A stretch of DNA of 64,000 nucleotides from assembly GCA_000002445.1 (NCBI GenBank), contig CH464491.1, positions 2,688,001-2,752,000 on the forward strand. The letters run 5' to 3'. The notes under the pieces are model-generated. The model did not search any database. It saw nothing but the letters and a program-made list of their open reading frames with translations, and was not told where the DNA came from. Of this stretch, positions 41,052 to 51,042 are shown in pieces. Each line of letters begins with the position of its first letter. Within the stretch, counting starts at the first letter, position 1. Source of the DNA: Trypanosoma brucei. Taxonomy: Eukaryota. The translations under genes and the position numbers were made by a program.

Positions 41052-42061
41052 TTAATAAAAAAAAGAGGTGATGTGGTCACATGGCGTATGTAACGACTTC
41101 AATTTGGGTGCAACTGCAGTTACCGTGTCTGTTACGCTGTGTGAGCGGGGTCATAAGGATAGAAGCTAAACTCTGCTCTCATTTATGCCACACGCTATAT
41201 ACTATTCAGGAGGATAGTGTGTGGTAAGTGCGGAAGGAAGGCGCTTCTACTTGTTGTGTTGCATCACTGAGGGAAGGAAAAGGTTGGTCGAAGGGATGCA
41301 GAAGAACTATCCTCTATGCCAAAGCAAAGTACTCTCTTTGTGTGGTTATGGTGCGCGTAGCCACTAACGACTTTCAGATCAGTTTGAGTGGGCTCATTGC
41401 TTTGGGGTTCCCAACTTATGATTAAGTACTATGGTGGGCGATTGCTAAAAAAGGTTCGCAATGGGTGCCTGCACTCGTGCAAGAACAAGTTAGCGTGCTG
41501 CCAACGCTTAGATTTGCCTAATAGCATATTGTATTATTACAGGGTTATAATACCGATCATACTGACCGTCAACGCCGTCTCTCCCTGTGCTTATCGCAAC
41601 CATAACAAGCCGTTACTTGAAATAAGCTCATGGCACTGTTATCACTTTCTCATTAACTTGCACTGGTTCACTCAAATATATATTTCCTCCCTATTCGCAT
41701 ATATGTTAATGAATGGACCTTTAAGGCAATTTTGGCGACCCGCATCCTCGGGAAAAGGGTCGTAGCTACATACAAGCCGCGACACCGAACTGAGTTCCGC
41801 CGAGAATACATGTAAGTGCCCTCATCACCGAAATCGACAGAAGAGTAGTTCAAACGCCAAGGACATCTTCTCGCACGCGCCCACCCACGGAGGCTGGAAA
41901 CGATATTAGGGAACATTTTTGAGACCCAACGAGGTGGTAAGGTGTGTGGCAAAAGGAATATTAAGTTTTTAACTGCATACCTATTTTGTATGTCTGCCGG
42001 TAGTGCCGCGTCCCATCCGGTGGCGAGCCATGCTGGAAACAGTCGCAGCGGTAGTTTCACA

Positions 42062-42922
42062 ATGTATCACTTTGCCTCCTTCGCCGCTATGGAGGTCACA
42101 GTGACGATTGTGCCTCGTTTCACCATGCCACGCATTTCAACTGCATTTGGTGGTCGCTACGGGCCCTTTACACCCAACTTCCCCACCGATGTGCCGCTGT
42201 GGCTTGCGCTCCACATCCGACAGACGGACACTTGCACTATTCAACCGCCACCGTACGTCGCTTTGCCGCATCTTCGCCAGGTGCTGGAGAGAGAGAAGGA
42301 AAATGAAACAACATTCGAAGCACTTCCCTTCTACTTCTTCGAGGTGGTTAAGAAGTTGTGCGAAGTCAGTGCCGCTGCGGAAGATGTTCCACACGTAGCG
42401 GAGGTAGTGCGGCTCGTTGATGAAGTGCGTGCAGTGCGGAGACGGAAACTCCAACAGAGCATGTCAGTGTTTGAAGCGGAGGGATCACCCGTGTTTATAC
42501 CCGGCATTAAGCTATCAAATATCGTGAACCACGAACTTCAATACTTGCGCACGTCCTTTGCAATAGTGCTACAGCAGTCTGCAGATATGAAGCAGAGACG
42601 AGAGCAAGACATTGGTGGACCCATAGAAAGCGTCCCAACACCCATCCGAACAAGTGGGACGGCGCTGTCGTATACGCCCCTGTCAACAGCCGCTGCAGCC
42701 GAGGGGCGTTTGTTGGATTACGCAGCAACGAGGAGTAGCGATACACACGACTCTCTGTCAACCTCAGCAGCAGCGGAGCAGGCAATATTCACCCCTGAAA
42801 ACACTTTCACAACCGACGGTACCCCGTCGGTTGCTGATGCGACGGAAACGGGAACGGCGAGCATGTCAGAGGAGATTTCAGGACCACCAGTGAAGAAGCG
42901 GCGGACGCTAAGACAGACGTAA
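42062..42922 (+). CDS. GINS complex subunit Psf2 with C-terminal S/T/A-rich extension
   Basis: From ATG 42062: FASFAAMEVTVTIVPRF... GGRYGPFTPNFPTDVPLWLALHIRQTDTCTIQPPPYV... ETTFEALPFYFFEVVKKLC... EVVRLVDEVRAVRRRKLQ parallels human PSF2 FSPAELEFLAEKELVKIIPNF... [36 protein letters not shown]... ETFTPMPSPYYMELTKLL... EIRTLVKDMWDTRIAKLR. Confidence 0.7.
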   Translation: MYHFASFAAMEVTVTIVPRFTMPRISTAFGGRYGPFTPNFPTDVPLWLALHIRQTDTCTIQPPPYVALPHLRQVLEREKENETTFEALPFYFFEVVKKLCEVSAAAEDVPHVAEVVRLVDEVRAVRRRKLQQSMSVFEAEGSPVFIPGIKLSNIVNHELQYLRTSFAIVLQQSADMKQRREQDIGGPIESVPTPIRTSGTALSYTPLSTAAAAEGRLLDYAATRSSDTHDSLSTSAAAEQAIFTPENTFTTDGTPSVADATETGTASMSEEISGPPVKKRRTLRQT

Positions 42923-43567
42923 ATATTGGCGACGATCGATAATATGGGAAACAGTTGCAATGGCTTAACCCCAAAAAGCGAAACAAACCGAAAATGATGA
43001 AAGCAGGGTCATGTTTTATTAATGGTCGTTGGATTCTCGGGCCCACCTGAGTGTACACGATTGCGCGGGAACTTCTTTTGGATTTGTGAGAGGCGGATAA
43101 ATTGTCCGAATACCCAGCGCTAACACGGCTATATCTTCCTCTTAGAGTAGTTCTACTGCGGCACCACTGCTCTGATATTTATGTTTCTCTACTTACTTTT
43201 TGCTGTTACTCGACCTCCCCATTTTCACTTGTTTGTGAGTAACCACAACAGGGCAATAGCTTCACAAGATGCAATTGCAGACGATTGGCGGACGTTTCTT
43301 GCATCAAATCGTCAAAAATCCAGCACAGCAGGTGTACAGTTTTTGACAAAGGCTTGTGTATTCTCCTACAACCCCTCGCATAACATCTGACTGTGCAACC
43401 GCGGTTGTAAGCAACGTGGCTCTGTATCACCTTTCCGCCTATAATTAGGTGTTAACAAAAGTTCTCAGTGCTCCTTTGAGGCAAAAGCGAGAGGCAACAG
43501 TTGAAGGGGGAAGGTATATGGAACCTTCGGACGTGTGATTCTTGAGGTATCAGTTGTGGCTAACCGC

Positions 43568-43640
43568 ATCCTTCTTTCTTTTCTTCTTTTGTTGCTGTTT
43601 CGGTCAACACCAAAGTTGTTTTTTATTTTTTTTTCTGCAC
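43568..43640 (+). promoter_or_regulatory. polypyrimidine tract upstream of arrestin-domain gene
   Basis: atccttctttcttttcttcttttgttgctgtttcgg...gttgttttttatttttttttctgcactgtt preceding ATG 43749. Confidence 0.5.
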
Positions 43641-43748
43641 TGTTCGGTGAACGGTATTTTGTTAAACTTTAGGAGTGACGGAAGAAAAAAAGTATTTGCA
43701 TTTGTTAAGGAGGGAAGGGAAAGACAAAACACGAAAAAGGTAAAGGTA

Positions 43749-45707
43749 ATGAAGACTCATCGTGCCGCTAAGCATGTAACAGCGCATCGTATACTGTTGG
43801 AGCGGTTATCTTTACAACCCGGTGAGGTGCTCAGAGGAATTGTAGAGGTTTGGGTGGATGCACCGCTGGGATATTCGGTACTGGAGGTTGTGCTGCTTGG
43901 TCAGGAGTTTACGCGTCTGAAGAGCTCCTTCGGAAAAATCCTTGGCAAAGATGCTGCCAAAGCCACATATTACAGGCAGCGCGTCGTCGTAGCGGGATGT
44001 CCCGGCGAGAATTCGCAGGTATCCGTTGTTTCGGAAGGTGGCGGGAATCCGGAGGGTGCCAATAGCGATGAGTGGAGTGACTTCAATCGATCACCGTCGG
44101 TAAGTGATGTGGAATTAGCGGGTATTCAATCGTCAGGACTGATGCCCGGAACCTACACATTTCCCTTCAAAGTGAGGCTCCCCTCCGCACTACCGCCTAC
44201 TCATGAGTACCATATACGAGGAAGTGCTTCAAGGCTGAAATACACTGTAACATCGACGCTGCTCTCGAGAGGCCGTCTGCTCTCAACAACCGATGCACCA
44301 TTCAGTGTTAAGGCACTCCCGCTGGATGAGTCCCGTTGGATGAATGCGTACTTAAAAACCGTTCCAATGTTTGATGGAAACGTTCTTCTTGTCAGTGACG
44401 CTGCCTCTGGGACCGAAGAAGACCGGTGGGCATCTTTGAGCGGGCTTCAAGGGACTAACTGCATTTGCATGAATCACAACATGCCGCTTTACGCACCCAA
44501 CGAATGTAGTGGCTCCAGTGATTCCGTGACCGATGCCGGTGGGCTCTTAACGACTACCCCGTTCGGTGCACCGCACCCTGCGTCGATGGATCCATTAAGG
44601 TCTCAGCTGGTAAAACCTTCAGTGAATAACTGGTTGGATGGTGCCAGCGGCGTCAACACCAATGAGGATGCAACCGAGGACCAGAAGAGTGGGCATGGCA
44701 CTGAGGACGCACTACAACCGCGGGCATCTGCGAATGAGTCGGAACAAGGGATGAGTGTTTTTCAACAAGCTGATTCTTGTTCTGGTAATAAAAGGGGGAC
44801 TCATCGTGGTGGTGACGATTCGAAGGGCGGTGGTCAAGCAGCAGCTCCTGGAGCCAGCGATGCTCAGAATAATGTTGATGCCGCCGCGTGCCTCAATCAA
44901 CTCGTGCAGCGTGTCCGTCAAGATGCGAGGTGGGAACATCGTCTAGAGGTACCAATTGAAGGGCTATTTGGCAGGGGAAGTGTTACCATCACGCTATCTT
45001 TCGGGCGTGTGGTATTTACCGGGGGCACAACTGTCCGTTTCCATGGGTTAGTTGACAACGAACGGGGATTATCTAATGTTTTGATGATTAATTTTTCTCT
45101 TGTTACCCATTATCAAATGAACTCACTCATAGAAACCCGTCATACCAGAAATGTTATTTCGGAGTGTTCACTGCGCCAGGTCGTTAAACGCGGGGAGGCG
45201 GCTCGCATACCTCTCTGTACGCTAGAGGTGCCCCAAAACACTTCACCGACTGCTGTAACGTCGAACTGCAGCTGCCGTACGTTTCTTGATGTTGAAGTTT
45301 TCTCTATGCATGGCCCCGGCACGCGGTCCGGATCGGCAAGAACGGAGCTGTTGGTTGTGGACTCGCTCGCTCGTGACGAAAAATCTTCCGACCGAAAAGG
45401 GAGATGGTCAAACTATTTTCAATGTTATGACCCTTTAAGGGGACAAAGTCGTATAGACATTGTTTCATCGTATGTGCTAAGTGGAAAGATAAATGTCATC
45501 AAGAAGGATGCGTGTAACGGTAATGGGGAGCTACTGCAACCGCCAGAGAAACCCAGTCGTTACTGCAAAACGTGGAAACACACTTTCCGCCCCCAACTTG
45601 ACTTTGTGAATGCAACGTATTATCCGGACGAGTCCAGCGGTCACAACTCCCGGGGCATCAACCCCCTCCAGAGCCTTTACTACACAGAAGGTTCATTAAC
45701 TGAGTAG
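43749..45707 (+). CDS. arrestin-domain containing protein with long C-terminal extension
   Basis: ORF N-terminus upstream of 43749 translates a poly-Y tract (FFLFFFCCCF), so start moved to ATG 43749; PGEVLRGIVEVWVDAPL...VLEVVLLGQEF and PGTYTFPFKVRLPSALPPT are arrestin-N/ARRDC-like motifs. Confidence 0.5.
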   Translation: MKTHRAAKHVTAHRILLERLSLQPGEVLRGIVEVWVDAPLGYSVLEVVLLGQEFTRLKSSFGKILGKDAAKATYYRQRVVVAGCPGENSQVSVVSEGGGNPEGANSDEWSDFNRSPSVSDVELAGIQSSGLMPGTYTFPFKVRLPSALPPTHEYHIRGSASRLKYTVTSTLLSRGRLLSTTDAPFSVKALPLDESRWMNAYLKTVPMFDGNVLLVSDAASGTEEDRWASLSGLQGTNCICMNHNMPLYAPNECSGSSDSVTDAGGLLTTTPFGAPHPASMDPLRSQLVKPSVNNWLDGASGVNTNEDATEDQKSGHGTEDALQPRASANESEQGMSVFQQADSCSGNKRGTHRGGDDSKGGGQAAAPGASDAQNNVDAAACLNQLVQRVRQDARWEHRLEVPIEGLFGRGSVTITLSFGRVVFTGGTTVRFHGLVDNERGLSNVLMINFSLVTHYQMNSLIETRHTRNVISECSLRQVVKRGEAARIPLCTLEVPQNTSPTAVTSNCSCRTFLDVEVFSMHGPGTRSGSARTELLVVDSLARDEKSSDRKGRWSNYFQCYDPLRGQSRIDIVSSYVLSGKINVIKKDACNGNGELLQPPEKPSRYCKTWKHTFRPQLDFVNATYYPDESSGHNSRGINPLQSLYYTEGSLTE

Positions 45708-47074
45708 GTTGGTTCCACGTGTATCGTTTCGGATTTATAGCAAGTCCGACTCCGCTTTGCTAATTTAACTTTCCATTTTATTTGGTTCCATTCATTTTGC
45801 CTCTTACTTGTGTGGACGTTTACCCATTTCTTCTGCGATTCTGCGTGTTAGCAGATAGCCACCCCCACTCTCAATTTTTAGTTGGGGTTAGAAAAGCGTA
45901 ACGACATGTTGTTTGCCTCACATTCTTTTGAGGAAAAAAAAGGGAAAGGAGTCGGTGGAGGGCGCGTGCACGTTTTTTTTTTTTTACCAATGTGTCAACA
46001 CTGTGGGAGGAAATGGGGATTTCGGATATGAGAAAGAGTTGCAGGGGGCGGGGTCTCTTTTCTTTATGCATATCTTTAGTTGGTTACCCCCTTCTTTTAG
46101 TGACCGTGGCTTTCTTCTTTCTTCCCCGGCGTAGATGCGTTTGGTGGGTTCCTTCCCTATTTTGTAAATGTGACAAGATACACGTCGCTCCCCTCCTCTC
46201 CATGTTTTTTCTTTTTCTTTTGTGTGTAGTTGTCACTACCGCACCTTCGTGCACTGTTGGTATTATTGGTACCGCTACCTAAAGGTTAAAACCTCTGGGT
46301 TTAACCTTTTGACTTTATTTTCGATTTGTTTTTATTTTATCATCTCCTTCTTCTCATCAACGTTAATATGTATAAGAACAAAAGTACACGCATACGTTAA
46401 TATATATATATATATTAATGTGTTATACCTTACATGGGCCTATAATCGTACCTCTATTCTTTGTGTTTTTTTTCCTCTTGTTACCCTCTCCCTTCTTGCC
46501 TTTTGGCTTTTGTATTACTAGAGTGCCATAGCTTTTTTTTGTTTCCTGTATTTTTTTATTTTTCAATTGATATGCTGGTTTTCAAACGGGGGAGTCCTCC
46601 CTCCTCGGTTCTTTAACCACATCTCAAGCATAGTTGCTGAGTTCTATGTTATCCTCGGGAACTTAGCGTTTCTGGTGTTTTTAATTTAAATTAATTTTTT
46701 TTTACTTTAAAGACCCTTGCAGCGGCACCATTCTTGCCTGTGTTATTCCTTTCGTCTCTTCATATTCTCTGCTGTATGCTTCTGTTGGGGGAGTCTTTGG
46801 CGAGGTGTGTGAGAGGAAAAAAAAATGTGATCATGTGAGTGATAACACGGAGAGTTTCTATTATTCACTGTCAGAGAGGAGTTGAAGTGAAAGAATGCCG
46901 CTGTTGGGACCAATTTGTCCCTTTTGTTTTCTTTTATCCTTATCTGTTCCCCCTTTTTTGTTTCATTTGCGTGTCGTTATTGTGAAAATGGCAGAGGGAA
47001 GTGAATGTGACATGTTTTCTTCCCTTTCCCTCCTGACGTGTCTCCTACGTTCGATACATATACAAATATGTTTG

Positions 47075-47097
47075 TATATATATATATATATATATAT
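47075..47097. repeat. (TA)n microsatellite
   Basis: tatatatatatatatatatatat. Confidence 0.9.
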
Positions 47098-47616
47098 TTG
47101 GTCCGTCCATATCTGCTCCTTCCTTCGTGTGGGGATGGTGAGAGGTAAGGGAAAGAGGCAATGGCGGTGGTTACAAGTGATTTACTTATTTAACTATTTT
47201 ATGTGAGCGTGTTTCCCGTCTAGTAACTATGTGGTGTACGGTAGAGGGAGAGGAGACCTGGTTTATGCGAAAACAGTGTGGGAAGGGTATTGAAGTGTCA
47301 TTAAATACGGCTACTTGTTTGGCTTCTCCTCGTAGGAAGATGCGCTTGTTGGTTGTGCTTCGCATCCACACGTTTTCTGCTCCCCTCTGCATGCGTACTT
47401 TTGATCCTGTTGCACCAAATAAAAAAAAGGAAGGAAGGAAGGAAGAAACCACTAAGAAAGCCGAAAGGATCGTGCGGGTGCGGTTAGTTGCGCCAAAGGA
47501 AGGGATATTTGCGTGGCGTTTGCGGTCTCTTTTATTTGGTTTCGTCTCCGTTATCCCTTTTTTACCTTGCGGGGCTAGTTGTTGGGGCCACTATTTCGAT
47601 ATTCCCCTCTCAGTGG

Positions 47617-50544
47617 ATGGAGAGCTTCTCCCCATTTCGTGTGGTCGGAAGCGTATGTGGTGAGCTGCCAGTCAGTAGCACAATGTTATACGGCGCACCG
47701 CAGTTGATGGTTGCCACAGGACGCACATTTCAGTTGTTTCGGGGGAAAGAACTTACAATGCTTCGCGGTGGGCCGCACTTTGAGAAGAGGGTGAGGGCTG
47801 TAACACAGGCAGGGAAGTATCGTTTTGTTGCCGAAGGGCCTCGGATTCATGCATTTGTGCATCACAAGCCGCTCTGGAACTGCATGCACAACGACGTTAC
47901 GCAGAGCAGAGTGGATCACATTCTTGCTGTGGATGATATTCTTTTCTGTGTGGGTAACGATAAACGCGTAGTGGTACGGGAGATAAAGAGCGGGAACATG
48001 CTCACAGAGTTTCTTGTTGATGGTAGTGAGGAGACACGCGCGATGATTACCCCTGCCGGATACAACAACAAACTTCTTTTGGCGACTGCACAGGGATCAC
48101 TGCAGTTATACAATTTCAAAAGCGGTGTCTGCCTGTGGCGCGAAAAGCGAGAGCCTGGTGCGCAGATCACGGCTCTAGCGGCAAGTAACTTCAAGGACAT
48201 CATCGCATATGGCACAAGCAACGGCCGTGTAGTTGTTCTCAACATGGCTACTAACGAGGATATCATGTCATTTGACCAGGAGGAGAGAGGTGCCGTGACT
48301 GCGCTGGCGTTCCGAACCGACAAGGATGTCCTCGTCGCCGGGTCTAGCTCCGGCGAGGTGGCGATGTGGGACCTTGAAAATGGCTGCCTTGACGGTCTTC
48401 TGACGCGTGGCAAGCAAGTGAAAACTGAGACGGAGGTGCTGGAGTCCCCACACACCAATACCGTTCACTCCATAGTTGTTCTGCCAACAGAAACTGCCAC
48501 CATTGTTACAGCTGGAGCTGACAATGCATTGATGCAGTTTAGGTTTGACACTGTAGACGGTCTTGGCGTGCTGGTGCGTGAGCGTCGGGGTCATATGGGG
48601 AGCTGCACAGAGGCTAAGTTTTATAACAGCGACTTGCTGCTGACTGCCGGTACCGATCGTTCGCTCCGTGTGACGCACCTATTTTCCGATCGTGCGTCAT
48701 GGGAATTGTCTCAGGGCCAGTTGGGCCGACGGGGGCGCGAGAAGCAGATGGGACGTGAGGCGATGAAGATGCCACCTGCTGTTGCTATTGCCAGCTGCAC
48801 TGCAAGGAACTACCAGTGGGCGAGCATTGTTTCTATTCATGAATCTTCGTCAAAGATGTGCGGCTGGCGCATGGACACTCGTTCTCTAGATTGTAAGCTG
48901 AGCGGTATTAAGACGTCGATGCACATCGCACGTGCCGTCGCCATGAGCGACTGCGGGAACTTTGCTGTTATCGGGTACTCGAGCGGTGATGTATCTGTTG
49001 TCAGTATTCAGAACAAAGGCGTACGGCAGTTGCTTGACTCCTCACTGAAGCCGGACGACCGGGCACACTGTGGTTCAGTGGAGTGCGTTGAGGTGGCCTG
49101 TGGAAACAACATTGTTGTAACTGCAGGTCTTGACTCGATGATTAAGTTGTGGAGTCTCTTCACCTGTCGCCTCCGCACCGTCGTGAAGACTGATTGTCCT
49201 TTGCATAAGTCATGTATTCATCAACCGTCGTCTCTCTTTATTGCCGCGCAGCACTTCTCCATTCGTGTATACCACTGCAACCCCGACATTGGGCTTACAA
49301 CCCAAGAGTTGCGCGTGCCCGTACGAACGTTCAGCGGCCACACCAGCCCCATTACAGCCCTAGCCCTTGCGCCAGACTCGTATCGTTACGTAGTGTCGGC
49401 ATCTGGCGATGCAGCACTACTTGTTTGGGATCTTGCCTCCTCTGCCTGTGTCGGGCAGTACCGCCTAGCTTCTCCGGCCATCTCACTTGCCTTCCACCCA
49501 GATGCTCTATTTATGGTCTCTACGCATGCCGGTGAGCGTGGTGCCTTCCTTTGGTCAAATAATTTGCGTTATGGCTTTGTTCCAGAGGTAATAACGGATC
49601 CGAGGGCGCGCAGCGTGGAGGAACTGCCACAGCTGCACTTTCCTACAGCTCATGGCGCCGCGGAGGATGCAGAGGATGATACTGTTGACAATGCTGTGAA
49701 GTGTGAGAAAGGGCTCCCGGGTTCAGGTAATGAAATCAAGGAGGAGGGTGAAAGCGATGGTAATGATGATGGAATGTTGGGCGACATAGCGGGTGCTGGT
49801 GGAAACGCTGAGCAGGAGGTAGAGCTTTTTGACGCCAAGAAGGATACTGCGTTAATGCAAATTGAGAGGGAAAAAGTAAAATGGGCTGAGCTTGATGAGA
49901 TTATTTCCGGTGGCATGCGCCTAGCTGGCGTGCCCCGCTCCATGTGGTTCGACCTTACCCTGTTGGAGCAGATAAGGGAAAAGAACCAACCGCTCCTTCC
50001 ACCCAAGAAGCGCGACGTTCCCTTCTTTCTACCAACCACGCAGGAATTGCGTCCCACGTTCCTTGTTGCAGCTTCAAACTCAAAAGATAAGGAAGCTCTT
50101 GTATCGCGGGTGGTGAATGCCCCGATAGCCCAGCTCACGCCGGTGCAGCAGATGCTTGTGCGGAACGAACATGATGCTTTTTTGTCGTACATCCTTTCCC
50201 TTGGTTCACCACAGGCTGTTGACTTGGAGATCAAGCGTGCGGTCGACTATGTGGAGGGTTGCTCTTACACGGAGAAGGAACTGGAGCGTATTAAGGACTG
50301 CCTGCATGGGCTGTTGTCATTTGTGGCGGAGTGGCTGAAGCGGCGCGAGAATGTCGATTTGGTACAGGGCATATTGGCTGCCGTCATTCATTCACACGGC
50401 CCACTGATAACAAAGTGTGGTGCCGAGTTAATTAATGTTCTTGAGGAGCTGGCAGAGTTACAGAACTCGATACGATATAGCGTAGATCACCTCATTGGGT
50501 ACCCAAGCTGTCTGGCAGGTACTTTTTCGGGGTCACATTTCTAA
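47617..50544 (+). CDS. Utp21/WDR36-like WD40 protein of the SSU processome (U3 snoRNP)
   Basis: From ATG 47617: MESFSPFRVVGSVCGELP...TGRTFQLF matches yeast Utp21 N-terminus FSPFRIIGNVSNGVPFA...VGKTFQIY; multiple WD40 repeats (GSSSGEVAMWDL, ASGDAALLVWDL, AGLDSMIKLWSL); ~975 aa as for Utp21. Confidence 0.7.
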   Translation: MESFSPFRVVGSVCGELPVSSTMLYGAPQLMVATGRTFQLFRGKELTMLRGGPHFEKRVRAVTQAGKYRFVAEGPRIHAFVHHKPLWNCMHNDVTQSRVDHILAVDDILFCVGNDKRVVVREIKSGNMLTEFLVDGSEETRAMITPAGYNNKLLLATAQGSLQLYNFKSGVCLWREKREPGAQITALAASNFKDIIAYGTSNGRVVVLNMATNEDIMSFDQEERGAVTALAFRTDKDVLVAGSSSGEVAMWDLENGCLDGLLTRGKQVKTETEVLESPHTNTVHSIVVLPTETATIVTAGADNALMQFRFDTVDGLGVLVRERRGHMGSCTEAKFYNSDLLLTAGTDRSLRVTHLFSDRASWELSQGQLGRRGREKQMGREAMKMPPAVAIASCTARNYQWASIVSIHESSSKMCGWRMDTRSLDCKLSGIKTSMHIARAVAMSDCGNFAVIGYSSGDVSVVSIQNKGVRQLLDSSLKPDDRAHCGSVECVEVACGNNIVVTAGLDSMIKLWSLFTCRLRTVVKTDCPLHKSCIHQPSSLFIAAQHFSIRVYHCNPDIGLTTQELRVPVRTFSGHTSPITALALAPDSYRYVVSASGDAALLVWDLASSACVGQYRLASPAISLAFHPDALFMVSTHAGERGAFLWSNNLRYGFVPEVITDPRARSVEELPQLHFPTAHGAAEDAEDDTVDNAVKCEKGLPGSGNEIKEEGESDGNDDGMLGDIAGAGGNAEQEVELFDAKKDTALMQIEREKVKWAELDEIISGGMRLAGVPRSMWFDLTLLEQIREKNQPLLPPKKRDVPFFLPTTQELRPTFLVAASNSKDKEALVSRVVNAPIAQLTPVQQMLVRNEHDAFLSYILSLGSPQAVDLEIKRAVDYVEGCSYTEKELERIKDCLHGLLSFVAEWLKRRENVDLVQGILAAVIHSHGPLITKCGAELINVLEELAELQNSIRYSVDHLIGYPSCLAGTFSGSHF

Positions 50545-51042
50545 CTGAGATGTACGCGCGCGGATTGTTGGCGGCGCCTGCAGTCTCAGCAACAAATGTG
50601 AAGGAGACTTTGCGGTTCGATGCGGCCACAACCAAACTGCGTCCCGACTCTTAATGCATCTAAACAATCGATATAAAGTAAGAAAAAATAAGTAAGCGAT
50701 AATGCCGGTTGCGAGTAAAAGAATAATCACACGCCGGTGTGTGAGTGGTGGGGGAAGTTCACAACAAACGAAGACAATGTTGGGATGCGTGTCTTTAGTT
50801 CATTAAGCGTTGACGATTGTGAAACACGCGCTTTTCTGCGAACTAGTGTTGTGTTTTCGTATGCATGTTCGGCCCTCTTTCCTTCAAGAACCAATTTTGT
50901 CACTACTGTTTTTTCTCTTTATCCATCCACACCAGAACTGCCCTTGGTATCCACCTGATTTTTTTTTTGTGTGAACATCAACTCCTTACTCACACGGGCA
51001 TGTGCTTACGTACGTCTGCGCAAATCACGCTTCAGTAGGTGT

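Noticed and set aside
47916-50234. Minus-strand ORFs (180 aa at 47916-48458; 194 aa at 49650-50234; 136 aa at 48268-48678) within the Utp21-like gene
   Set aside because: They overlap a + strand gene with clear WD40 repeats and Utp21 N-terminal homology, and have no features of their own.
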